Source of the DNA: Candidatus Methylomirabilis oxygeniifera
Lineage (GTDB): Bacteria; Methylomirabilota; Methylomirabilia; Methylomirabilales; Methylomirabilaceae
Direction of reading: 5' to 3'
Length of the DNA: 32,000 bases
NCBI GenBank assembly: GCA_000091165.1
Contig: FP565575.1
Coordinates: 1,410,001-1,442,000 of the forward strand
A program made the position numbers and the translations under genes. Position 1 is the first letter of the stretch. Each line of letters begins with the position of its first letter. Positions 21,781 through 29,879 of the stretch are shown here, one piece after another. The notes under the pieces are model-generated. The model searched no databases. It saw only the letters and a list, made by a program, of their open reading frames with translations, and was not told where the DNA came from.

Positions 21781-22014
21781 GTTGATGCGGTGAGGCGGCT
21801 TGGCCGGACGGCGGCTATAATATAAGGCGTTGGGTGCTTTACCCGCTCCAGGAATATCACAACCTGACGCATGATGAGATCGCCCCCTTGGTCTTGGGAA
21901 TTCCGGAAACACCGTACTCGAATTACGGAGGCACCGTACTAATTCCGCCGGCAGCCCCATCTCCCTCCTGACTACCGGCGCTGAAGGCAAGAACAACACA
22001 AGACCAGGCCGCCA

Positions 22015-22314
22015 TCACGCTCCCGCACCGATAGGATGAAAGCGCTTGACCCTGATGCGGTTGCTGCGCATGCGGGCCTGGGCGGCATCGTACCCGGCCT
22101 GCATGTTCAGCAGTAAGTCCATGTTAACACCGAACGCCTTTTCCAGCCGCAAGGCCATCTCGGCCGAGACAGCCGCCTTGCCATTGGTGACATCAGACAG
22201 AGTGGCGCGGCGCACGCCAAGGATCTCCGCAGCCTTAGTTACGGAGAGACCCAGAGCGCCGAGTACGTCCTCGCGGATGATTTCGCCCGGATGGGGCGGG
22301 TTCTTCATGGCCAT
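22015..22314 (-). CDS. higA: HigA-family antitoxin (XRE-type HTH)
   Basis: [59 protein letters not shown] is the canonical HigA/VapI HTH. AGGAGG lies 8 nt upstream. It sits 12 nt downstream of the toxin gene. Confidence 0.88.
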   Translation of the reverse strand: MAMKNPPHPGEIIREDVLGALGLSVTKAAEILGVRRATLSDVTNGKAAVSAEMALRLEKAFGVNMDLLLNMQAGYDAAQARMRSNRIRVKRFHPIGAGA

Positions 22315-22326
22315 TACTCAATCCTC

Positions 22327-22611
22327 CTAATGGTAATCCTCAAAGTTCAGGTCCGTAATCACACTGCCTTTAACCATAAAGGTCACGCGCCAGTTGCCGG
22401 TGACGGTGATGCTGTATTCGCCTTTGCGACCGGCTTTCAGCGGGTGTAGTTTCCATCCCGGTACGGTTTGCACCTGTGACAGGTTGTCGGCGAACTGCAG
22501 CGCGGCGAGTATTGCCTTGATTTTTCTCACAGAGGCGGCGGGCAGCAGGCTGCCGTCGTCATCCTCATAAAGTCGCTTGAGGCCACGGTGTCGGAATTTC
22601 CCGATGTGCAT
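22327..22611 (-). CDS. higB: HigB-like toxin (plasmid maintenance system killer family)
   Basis: 94 aa, with LHPLKAGRKGEYSITVTGNWRVTFMV....DLNFEDYH matching the HigB killer-protein signature. The gene order is toxin first, as in higBA. Confidence 0.85.
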   Translation of the reverse strand: MHIGKFRHRGLKRLYEDDDGSLLPAASVRKIKAILAALQFADNLSQVQTVPGWKLHPLKAGRKGEYSITVTGNWRVTFMVKGSVITDLNFEDYH

Positions 22612-22929
22612 AACTTACTGTACGCTATTACCGTACGGATGTCAAGGTGAATCCCTGAACCCCTTATCTCTGAATCCTGAGACACCATATTTGTTTTTGA
22701 ACTTCAGTGACGCGCCGGCGGGGGTCCGATCAAGAGATTTGCAAACAAGAGATCGGGAGGGCGCCATGCCCATGTTATAACCACAAAGATTTTAGGCTGC
22801 TCATTTCGTGGTCATCCATGAGTTGGGTGGATGATCAGTCAAGTCACGCATCAATCGACGTAACGCCTATTACGTCGGAATATTCGATAGTTCCAAGCCT
22901 TCTCCCACAAACAGATCACTATCAGTCGT

Positions 22930-22945
22930 TGGCACGGAAACTGCT
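22930..22945 (+). promoter_or_regulatory. sigma54 (-24/-12) promoter upstream of amtB
   Basis: TGGCACGGAAACTGCT, with GG at 22931-22932 and GC at 22943-22944 (GG-N10-GC). Consensus is TGGCAC-N5-TTGCW. It lies about 95 nt upstream of the amtB ATG, and nitrogen-regulated amt genes are classic sigma54 targets. Confidence 0.6.
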
Positions 22946-23038
22946 CGCCCTACATCCAGCGTGTGTCCCGACAAAGATGTCGGATACGACACGACGACAG
23001 TGTCCACACATTTCCCTACATCATAACTAGGAGCAGCC

Positions 23039-24415
23039 ATGCCACAACGACGTGTCGTGAATGCCGTCATTCTGCTGGTTCTCGCCGCCGCACTACTGTT
23101 CACCTGGACCACGTCCTTCGCCCAAGAGGTCTTTCCGGACCAACCTGCCGCAGAAGAGACCTCGGCACCCGCCCCGCCGGCGCCGCCTAAGATCGACTCC
23201 GGGGATACGGCCTGGATGCTCACCTCTTCGGCATTGGTGCTGTTGATGACCGCGCCCGGTCTCGCGCTGTTTTATGCCGGCCTGGTCCGTCGTAAGAATG
23301 CGCTGGGGACGATCATGCAGAGCTTCATCACCCTGGCCTTGATCAGCGTGCAGTGGGCCCTATTTGGCTACTCCCTGGCCTTCGGCCCCGATACGGGCGG
23401 TATCATCGGGAGTCTCGACTGGGTCGGACTTCGCGGCGTAGGACTGGATCCTAATCCCGACTATGCAGCGACTATCCCGCACCAAGCCTTTATGATTTAT
23501 CAGATGATGTTTGCGGCCATCACCCCGGCCCTCATCACAGGCGCGATAGCCGAACGGATGAAGTTCAGCGCGTTTCTGCTCTTTACCATATTGTGGGCAA
23601 CATTGATATATGATCCGCTTGCACACTGGGTCTGGGGGGTGGGCGGGTGGCTGCACAAGATGGGCGCGCTCGACTTTGCCGGCGGTACTGCCGTCCACAT
23701 CAGCTCCGGCGTGTCGGCCCTGGCGGCAGCCCTGGTTGTGGGGCGACGGCGCGGCCATCCCGGAGAGCCGATGCCACCCCATAATCTGACCATGACCGTC
23801 ACCGGCGCGGCCCTCCTTTGGTTCGGCTGGTTCGGCTTTAACGCGGGGAGCGCCGCGGCCGCCAACCGGTTGGCTACCAACGCCTTTGTCGTCACTCACC
23901 TTGCGACAGCGGCGGCCGCGCTCTCATGGATGTTCGTCGAGTGGGGCTCCCGAGGCAAACCAACCGTCCTCGGGGCGGCCAGCGGCGCCGTCGCGGGACT
24001 CGTTGCCATTACCCCGGCATCCGGCTACGTCGGCCCGATGTCGGCCATCGTTATCGGCGCCGGTGGGGGGATCCTCTGCTACTCGGCCTGTATGCTTAAG
24101 GCGCGGCTGGGCTATGATGATTCACTGGACGTTGTGGGGGTTCATGGCGTCGGCGGCACGTGGGGCGCGCTGGCCACCGGCCTGTTTGCTTCTAAAGCGG
24201 TCAACCCGGATGCGGCCGACGGGCTGTTCTTTGGCAATCCTCATCAGTTCGTGGTGCAGGTGATCGCAACGCTGGCCTGCATGCTTCTGGCGTTCGTGGG
24301 TACGGTCATTCTGCTGAAGCTTGTCGACGCGCTGGTCGGCCTTCGGGTCAGCAGTGAAGAGGAACAGATGGGCTTGGATCTGAGCCAGCACGAAGAGAAC
24401 GCCTACGGCTTCTAA
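23039..24415 (+). CDS. amtB: ammonium transporter (Amt family)
   Basis: AGGAG lies 5 nt upstream. It has a signal peptide plus a Pro/Ala-rich linker, then [54 protein letters not shown] and [13 protein letters not shown], the hallmark Amt blocks. Confidence 0.93.
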   Translation: MPQRRVVNAVILLVLAAALLFTWTTSFAQEVFPDQPAAEETSAPAPPAPPKIDSGDTAWMLTSSALVLLMTAPGLALFYAGLVRRKNALGTIMQSFITLALISVQWALFGYSLAFGPDTGGIIGSLDWVGLRGVGLDPNPDYAATIPHQAFMIYQMMFAAITPALITGAIAERMKFSAFLLFTILWATLIYDPLAHWVWGVGGWLHKMGALDFAGGTAVHISSGVSALAAALVVGRRRGHPGEPMPPHNLTMTVTGAALLWFGWFGFNAGSAAAANRLATNAFVVTHLATAAAALSWMFVEWGSRGKPTVLGAASGAVAGLVAITPASGYVGPMSAIVIGAGGGILCYSACMLKARLGYDDSLDVVGVHGVGGTWGALATGLFASKAVNPDAADGLFFGNPHQFVVQVIATLACMLLAFVGTVILLKLVDALVGLRVSSEEEQMGLDLSQHEENAYGF

Positions 24416-24617
24416 AGACGGGGTGGAGGGTGTGGGGTGTGAAGGGAAGTTATGCCTTGCCTGGCCCTGCACCCTCCCACACTCTGCTTTTGACATAACG
24501 AGTACGACGACACATAAAGATAGAAGGCTGATGGTGCGTGCAGCGACCGGAAATCTGATCTTACACCACCGCCTCCACTATCTCCCTTGTTAAACTCGCC
24601 GCATTTTTGTTCCGGTG

Positions 24618-24646
24618 TTGACTACCACACACTTCATATCTATATT
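24618..24646 (+). promoter_or_regulatory. sigma70 promoter upstream of the universal stress protein gene
   Basis: TTGACT (24618-24623), 17 nt spacer, TATATT (24641-24646). This implies a leader of about 118 nt containing the hairpin CTCCC-TCAA-GGGAG and a GC-rich hairpin just before the SD. Confidence 0.5.
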
Positions 24647-24770
24647 AAATTGGCCTTGAGAGATCGTGTTGAAACTCCCTCAAGGGAGGAGTCCGGATGC
24701 GCAAACGCTTGCCGAAGCAATGTTAACCTGTATCTTGCCCGCCGCTGGCGGGCGGCAAAGGGAGGTCCCG

Positions 24771-25277
24771 ATGATTACACTCAAGAAGGTGCTGGTGCCG
24801 ACGGATTTCAGCGAGGCCTCGAAGGTGGCGATCAAGTATGCGCGGAACTTTGCCTCCACGTACCACGCCGCAGTGCATGTCGTGCACGTATTACCGGATG
24901 CCTCGGTCACGCCGTGGGCGTTCGGGGTCGAACCTGAGGTCATGGGACTGTCGAGCGCGGAGCGGGAAAAGCGGTGGAAGGAGCGGGCCGCAGAACAGAT
25001 GAAGCAATTGTTCTCGGAGGCGGAGCGAAAGGATCTTGAACTGCACCTGACAACGCTGGTGGGTCATCCGGTCCAGCAGATTCTACAATACGCCACCGAG
25101 CAGGAGGTTGATCTCATTGTGATGGGGACGCACGGCCGAAGCACTGAAGGGCCTAACATCGGGCAGAATTTTCCATGGGAACCCCCGATAGGAAGTGTCG
25201 CCGAGCGAGTGGTTCGCGGAGCCCCGTGTCCGGTCCTCTCCGTTCGTCATCCGGAGCATGAGTTCGTAACGCCTTAA
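24771..25277 (+). CDS. universal stress protein (UspA family)
   Basis: Start at ATG 24771 (GGGAGG 5 nt upstream), inside track ORF 24666..25277. MITLKKVLVPTDFSEASKVAIKYA... and DLIVMGTHGRS...GSVAERVVRGAPCPVLSV are canonical Usp motifs. Confidence 0.88.
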   Translation: MITLKKVLVPTDFSEASKVAIKYARNFASTYHAAVHVVHVLPDASVTPWAFGVEPEVMGLSSAEREKRWKERAAEQMKQLFSEAERKDLELHLTTLVGHPVQQILQYATEQEVDLIVMGTHGRSTEGPNIGQNFPWEPPIGSVAERVVRGAPCPVLSVRHPEHEFVTP

Positions 25278-25349
25278 CTGATCTTCAGGAACGCGCGAGC
25301 CGATGACGTCGGCCAATTGAGTCGAGCGCTCGCGAAGAGGCAAAACGAC

Positions 25350-25400
25350 AAACGCGACGCGGATCGCACCTTGCGGCGACCCGCGTCGCGTTTTGTGATT
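25350..25400. terminator. bidirectional rho-independent terminator between usp and the hemerythrin operon
   Basis: AAACGCGACGCGG (25350-25362) pairs with CCGCGTCGCGTTT (25381-25393): a 13-bp perfect stem with an 18-nt loop. T-rich on the + side (TTTTGTGATTTTT) and A-rich on the other side. It lies between convergent stops at 25277 and 25468. Confidence 0.65.
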
Positions 25401-25467
25401 TTTGGATGCTGCAATATCTGTCAGAAAGGAGTGATGGCGTCTCCTCCCCACCGGAAGATTGGGCCGT

Positions 25468-26382
25468 TTACATACATGAATGGCCGCCCGGCTTCAGCTC
25501 CTCCAGCAATGCCATCATGGAGTTGTGGACGTCGGCGCCGATCTTTTCGTTCTCGAAGCGCTCAAACGCCTCTCCCAGGCGCGCCTGGTCATCCGGACTC
25601 AACATATTGTCCGCCATCGCATACAGGATCATATTCTCTTTATCGATGTGGGGTCGCAGCATCTGAATATAGGCACGCCCGTTTCGGACGATCTTCTGCG
25701 TCGCAGTCGGATCGGTTCCGATGACCGCAGCGGCATCGGCCATCTCACGGACGTATGCGCGCCCGGCCTCATGGTCCGACAGCATGACCGCGATCGGTCC
25801 GCCCTGCAATGGAAAGCCGCGGTTCACCATCGTCTTGAACAGCAGGTCCTCCTCCTTGCCGTGATGACACTGATCGGCGAAGGTCCGGATGAACTTGACC
25901 GCCTTCTCGAAATAGGTCCGGTCCGGAGCAGCCCCGGCCTCAAGCGCGATCAGCTTTCGCTCCAGCCCGTCCAACGCCTGAAGGATCAGGGTATGTTCGT
26001 CCTTGAGGATTTGGGTCGGCGAACCGGTGTGGGCATGCTCGTGTCCGTGGTGTTCGTGATGTTCATGGTGCGCATGGTGCGCGTCGTGCATGTGGTGCCC
26101 GCCGCAGCCCATCCCCTCAGCCGGCGCATGCTGGCCTGCGGCAGCGGCAACCCGGCGGATCGCCACCTGCCACACCTCGGGACCGGCCTCCAGATAGCGC
26201 CATTCGAACTCCCCCGCCCGTTCCGCAGCGAATGTGTAGTAGAGCGGCTTGGGGTCATGATCGTTGACCAGGAGCATCGTGTCCCCGACCGCCAACTCGT
26301 CAAACGCTCGGAAGATAGTCGGGTGCTTCTGCGGAACCGGCAGGACACGGGCATCCACGGTTGCTGCGTAATTCGCTGGCAT
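25468..26382 (-). CDS. DUF2249 - His-rich linker - hemerythrin-like (HHE cation-binding) fusion protein
   Basis: AAGGAGG lies 8 nt upstream. The N-terminus VLPVPQKHPTIFRAFDEL.VGDTMLLVNDHDPKPLYY....GEFEWRYLEAGPEVWQVAIRR fits the DUF2249 pattern. The linker is GCGGHHMHDAHHAHHEHHEHHGHEHAH. The C-half with ILKDEH...CHHGKEED.LF...MLSDHE...HIDKEN is a hemerythrin-like four-helix His/Glu pattern. Confidence 0.8.
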   Translation of the reverse strand: MPANYAATVDARVLPVPQKHPTIFRAFDELAVGDTMLLVNDHDPKPLYYTFAAERAGEFEWRYLEAGPEVWQVAIRRVAAAAGQHAPAEGMGCGGHHMHDAHHAHHEHHEHHGHEHAHTGSPTQILKDEHTLILQALDGLERKLIALEAGAAPDRTYFEKAVKFIRTFADQCHHGKEEDLLFKTMVNRGFPLQGGPIAVMLSDHEAGRAYVREMADAAAVIGTDPTATQKIVRNGRAYIQMLRPHIDKENMILYAMADNMLSPDDQARLGEAFERFENEKIGADVHNSMMALLEELKPGGHSCM

Positions 26383-26421
26383 AGAAACTTCCTCCTTCGA
26401 CAGATACAGGGTTGTTGGTTG

Positions 26422-27498
26422 TTAGCGGATGATCATCTGAGGCATCGCCTCGGCGGCCGCCTCGGTCGCCAAGCGCACCTTGTCCGCGACATCGCGGAAG
26501 ATCTGCGCCTCAGCGGACTCCGGCATCGCCACGACAACAGGAGCGCCGGTATCCCCGCCCTCGCGGATAGTCGGGTTCAGGGGGATCTCCCCCAGGAAAG
26601 GAACTCCAAGCGAGTCACTCACCTGTCGTCCACCGCCCCGGCTGAAGATGTCGGTTTCTCCCTGACAGTGGGGACAGATAAAATAGCTCATGTTTTCCAC
26701 GATCCCCAGGATCGGGACGCGCGCCTCACGAAACATCCGCAGGCCTCGCTCTGCGTCCATCAAGGCCACAGCGGAAGGGGTCGTCACGATCACCCCGCCG
26801 GTCAACGGCACCGCCTGAACGAGAGTCAACTGCGTATCCCCCGTCCCCGGTGGAAGATCGACGATCAGGTAGTCCAGTTCGCCCCAGTGCACCTCATGCA
26901 GGAGTTGCTTCAGGGCCTGGGCTACCAGGGGACCGCGCCAGATGATCGGCGACTGCTCACCCAGCAGATATCCCACCGATATCACCCTCAGGCCGTGCCG
27001 CACCAGCGGGACAATCTTGCCTTCATGCGCCTTGGGACGGCCAAGCTCGCCCAGCATCCGGGGCACATTCGGCCCGTAAATGTCGGCGTCCAGAAGACCG
27101 ACCGCAGCCCCGGACTGCGCCAGGGCCAGGGCCAGATTAACGGATACAGTACTCTTGCCCACACCGCCTTTACCGGACGCAACGGCGACGATGCGCCGCA
27201 CCCCTGGAAGCGGAGCGGGTCCGGGAGCGGACTCCTGAGGCGCGGGGCGCGGGGCGTTCTGAATCCGAATCTCACCGATCCCCGGTACGCGACTCAGCGC
27301 CTCACGGACCGACGCCTCTACCTTGGCGACTACCTCCGCGTCCTCCGTCGGAACCTGGAGATCAAGATGGACGGTGGCGCCCTCTACCCGCGCATTCTTT
27401 ATCATGCCAAACGAGACGAGATCGCGGCTCATTCCAGGGTACTTGACCTGGCGAAGCGCCGAGATCACCATATCTTCCGTTAACTGTGGCGTTACCAT
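26422..27498 (-). CDS. apbC: Mrp/ApbC/NBP35-family Fe-S cluster carrier ATPase with N-terminal DUF59-like domain
   Basis: Deviant Walker A VASGKGGVGKST, DADIYGPN, DYLIVDLPPGTGD and the cluster-ligating CPHC motif (FICPHCQGE). The start overlaps the upstream DUF59 gene by 7 nt. Confidence 0.9.
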   Translation of the reverse strand: MVTPQLTEDMVISALRQVKYPGMSRDLVSFGMIKNARVEGATVHLDLQVPTEDAEVVAKVEASVREALSRVPGIGEIRIQNAPRPAPQESAPGPAPLPGVRRIVAVASGKGGVGKSTVSVNLALALAQSGAAVGLLDADIYGPNVPRMLGELGRPKAHEGKIVPLVRHGLRVISVGYLLGEQSPIIWRGPLVAQALKQLLHEVHWGELDYLIVDLPPGTGDTQLTLVQAVPLTGGVIVTTPSAVALMDAERGLRMFREARVPILGIVENMSYFICPHCQGETDIFSRGGGRQVSDSLGVPFLGEIPLNPTIREGGDTGAPVVVAMPESAEAQIFRDVADKVRLATEAAAEAMPQMIIR

Positions 27499-27836
27499 GC
27501 GGGTCCCCCCCGTCCCATGCCGGACAGGGCTTGCTTGCCCTCAGGCGAGATCATGTCCGGATTCCACGCAGGTTCCCATACGATCTCGACGGTGACGCCG
27601 GTGACGCCGTGTATCTCTCGAACGGCGCGATCAACCGCCTGGACGAAGCTGGCGTGCATAGGGCAGCCGCGCGTGGTGAGGGTCATGCGGATACCGATCT
27701 GTCCGCCTTCGATCTGCACGTCGTAGACGAGGCCCAGATCGACGATATTCACCCCCAACTCCGGATCAATGAGCTTCCGGAGCGTGTTATAGATCTGCTC
27801 TTCAGTTATTGACGATGTTTCCGGTTCCGCCATCAT
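27492..27836 (-). CDS. DUF59 (SufT/MIP18-like) metal-sulfur cluster assembly factor
   Basis: ITEEQIYNTLRKLIDPELGVNIVDLGLVYDV......I.MTLTTRGCPM is the canonical DUF59 signature. There are two adjacent ATGs (27836, 27833). GGAGG spacing favours 27833. Confidence 0.85.
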   Translation of the reverse strand: MMAEPETSSITEEQIYNTLRKLIDPELGVNIVDLGLVYDVQIEGGQIGIRMTLTTRGCPMHASFVQAVDRAVREIHGVTGVTVEIVWEPAWNPDMISPEGKQALSGMGRGGPAW

Positions 27837-27899
27837 GCCTCCTAATTCAAAAATGTCTATCGAGTCTGTTGCGTCTATTGCGTCCGGAACCCGCGGGCC

Positions 27900-29228
27900 T
27901 TAGGCTCCTGCAGTCTGCGCCTCGGGAAGAGGCGTCAGCCGGGGAACCAGGTGACGGTAGATCCGGCAGACGGCGACGGCGAACGTAAGACCCGCCAGGG
28001 CCAACACGAGGGTCCCCACCTGGAGGAGCAGCCCGGACGCGAAGATTACTCCGGCCACGGTCATCGCAATGCCCGCATGGAGCAGCCAGTACTCTATTCG
28101 AGGCATTGACTCGCCAAGGAGCTGGGTGGCGGCCGGAACCGGCCGAAGCCCTACGAGGTCGCTGTAACGGTGGTGCCAGACCAGGAATGGGATAATCTTG
28201 TACATCATACCGATAATCGTGACGGAAATCCAGCCCAGAAGCGCCAGGACCCCATAGCCGAAGGCCAGCCGGGCGGCAAACTCATCGCTCGAGACCCAAC
28301 CGGTGCTCAGCCATAGCCCCAGGATCGTCAGCAATATCAGCATGACCATGGCGCTGACGGAATGCTGCAGCCCCCAGTCCAGTCGCGGGCGTCGGCGCGT
28401 CCGCAGGACATCACGCATCGTCCGGAGAAACAGGCCCACCGCTGCGGCGATCAGGAGGGCGAACAACGCAGCCCACGAACTGTGCAGCAGCAGCATCACG
28501 TACAGACCCGCGAGACCGGCCTGGAGCAGCCAGAACTCCCAGTAGGCCGGCCGCTCATTGCGAAGCTCACTCAGGCTGAACATGGGGATCAGCTTGTAGC
28601 TCGCCCCGAAGATCATCATGGTGACCCAGCCGATACCGGCCAGGTGGGCGTGCGCGTGGATCGTGCGCAGGATCTGACCTCCCAGAAAGTCGAACATCTT
28701 GTCGAGCGCCATGAGATTCCCCATGACTACCGTGGAGGCCAGGTAGACCAGCGCCGCCGCCACGTGTCGCCCGATAATGTCCCAGCGGGGGAGCTGCCAC
28801 AGCGTGCGCCCCATATTAATCAGGAAGAGTGTGATGGCAATCAGCACCAGACCTGCGCCGATCGCAACGCCATGGTGATGCCCGATCCAGAAATGGCTCA
28901 CCATCAGCGTGACGCCGAGCACCATGATCCAGTACTGCCAGCCGGCCAGACGCTCGCTCCACAGCGTGGTCTCCAGGGCAACCGGCACCAATTGGAATGA
29001 CGCCCCCATGACCGTCATCGTGATCCACCCAAGCGTCAGCAGGTGGGTGAGAGCGAGGCCGTTTCCCTGATAGTAGAAGTCCAGCAAATTGTCGACCTGC
29101 CACGGCGCCCACAGCAGGGCGGCGACAAACGCGGCCTGCGCCGTGACAAAATAGCGCAACGGCACCCAGAGGGATGGCTGTCTGGCCGGGGCGGCGCTAC
29201 TTCCAGATGCGGGTTTCGAACCAACCAT
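27900..29228 (-). CDS. 12-TM His-rich integral membrane protein of unknown function (distantly haem-copper-oxidase-subunit-I-like?)
   Basis: About 12 predicted TM helices with conserved His clusters (THLL, GHHHG, HAHAHL, WHHR). A motif GW[IV][TS]xx[IV]xG[AM]x[FY][QK][LI][IV]P recurs every 132-133 residues. The start is uncertain: TTG 29270 in the track, ATG 29228 chosen, GTG 29165 possible. Confidence 0.7.
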   Translation of the reverse strand: MVGSKPASGSSAAPARQPSLWVPLRYFVTAQAAFVAALLWAPWQVDNLLDFYYQGNGLALTHLLTLGWITMTVMGASFQLVPVALETTLWSERLAGWQYWIMVLGVTLMVSHFWIGHHHGVAIGAGLVLIAITLFLINMGRTLWQLPRWDIIGRHVAAALVYLASTVVMGNLMALDKMFDFLGGQILRTIHAHAHLAGIGWVTMMIFGASYKLIPMFSLSELRNERPAYWEFWLLQAGLAGLYVMLLLHSSWAALFALLIAAAVGLFLRTMRDVLRTRRRPRLDWGLQHSVSAMVMLILLTILGLWLSTGWVSSDEFAARLAFGYGVLALLGWISVTIIGMMYKIIPFLVWHHRYSDLVGLRPVPAATQLLGESMPRIEYWLLHAGIAMTVAGVIFASGLLLQVGTLVLALAGLTFAVAVCRIYRHLVPRLTPLPEAQTAGA

Positions 29229-29763
29229 GCGTCGTCTCTTCGGTGGAAAAGCTGAAGCCCCGCTCCTCAAGTTTCGGATAGAGCAGCATCGGCCGCCGAT
29301 CGGTCATGGCCAGGATATGTCCGCCTGCCGCGATCCGGGGAAGATTCTCCAAGATCTTCGCCATCGGCTGCGGCGGCTCCAGTCCGCGCGCGTCCACGAC
29401 AATGGCGTCCCCGACGGGCTCCGTCGGCCTCGATGCGGCGGCAGGCGCCGGAGCGGCCGCGGCCTGTGCGTCGGCCCGATAGAAGGTGATACACCAGTCT
29501 TCGGGACCGCGCTTCTGTGTCCAGTGCGTAAAGCCGCGCTGCGCCATCACGCCATACAGCGGGATCGGCTCAAAGATATTGTAGAGGACAAATACCTGAT
29601 CGTCTTTGAGCGACATAACGGACTGCATGATCCGCTGAAACGGCTCCTGTCCCGCCCGCACCTGGTCGCGAACATCCAGGACTACCCGGCGATCATCGGA
29701 CACATTCCGAAGCGCCTCAGGGATCGACGCGCCCTCGCCGTGACAACTACTCTCGTTCATCAT
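29197..29763 (-). CDS. tandem DUF2249-domain protein
   Basis: GGAGG lies 8 nt upstream. There are two DUF2249/TusA-like repeats: VLDVRDQVRAGQEPFQRIM....LYNIFEPIPLYGVMAQRGF and VVDARGLEPPQPMAKILENL......RRPMLLYPKLEERGF. They are separated by an Ala/Pro linker. Confidence 0.7.
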   Translation of the reverse strand: MMNESSCHGEGASIPEALRNVSDDRRVVLDVRDQVRAGQEPFQRIMQSVMSLKDDQVFVLYNIFEPIPLYGVMAQRGFTHWTQKRGPEDWCITFYRADAQAAAAPAPAAASRPTEPVGDAIVVDARGLEPPQPMAKILENLPRIAAGGHILAMTDRRPMLLYPKLEERGFSFSTEETTHGWFETRIWK

Positions 29764-29836
29764 AGGGATTACCTCCTTTTTCTCAGGTTACTGACTCAGC
29801 GTCGAGTGTAGTGTAGAGCGAAAGATTGAGGACGTC

Positions 29837-29852
29837 TGTGACTTTAGTCTCA
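29837..29852. promoter_or_regulatory. CRP-type palindromic operator TGTGA-N6-TCTCA upstream of the DUF2249 operon
   Basis: TGTGACTTTAGTCTCA matches 9 of 10 half-site positions of TGTGA-N6-TCACA. It is centred about 81 nt upstream of ATG 29763, in the 116-nt gap after the Crp-family gene. Confidence 0.5.
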
Positions 29853-29879
29853 CGGATGACAAGAAGGGCAAAGGTACGA

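Noticed and set aside
21744-21835. Alternative or second attC using CGCTAAC (21744-21750) and the perfect GTTRRRY match GTTGGGT (21829-21835)
   Set aside because: The arms pair only if a 10-nt bulge is allowed on one side, and the R-L spacers are very asymmetric. The 21714-21780 structure explains the sequence much better.
24425-24477. Possible amtB terminator (GGAGGGTG ... CACCCTCC, followed by CTTTT)
   Set aside because: The stem is only 8 bp with a 37-nt loop and a weak T-tract. That is too weak to annotate as a terminator with confidence.
25480-27483. 667-aa + strand ORF, the second-longest in the window
   Set aside because: It is antisense to the hemerythrin-fusion and Mrp/ApbC genes, both of which carry strong family motifs. 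Its product is R/H/L/G-rich with no recognisable domain.
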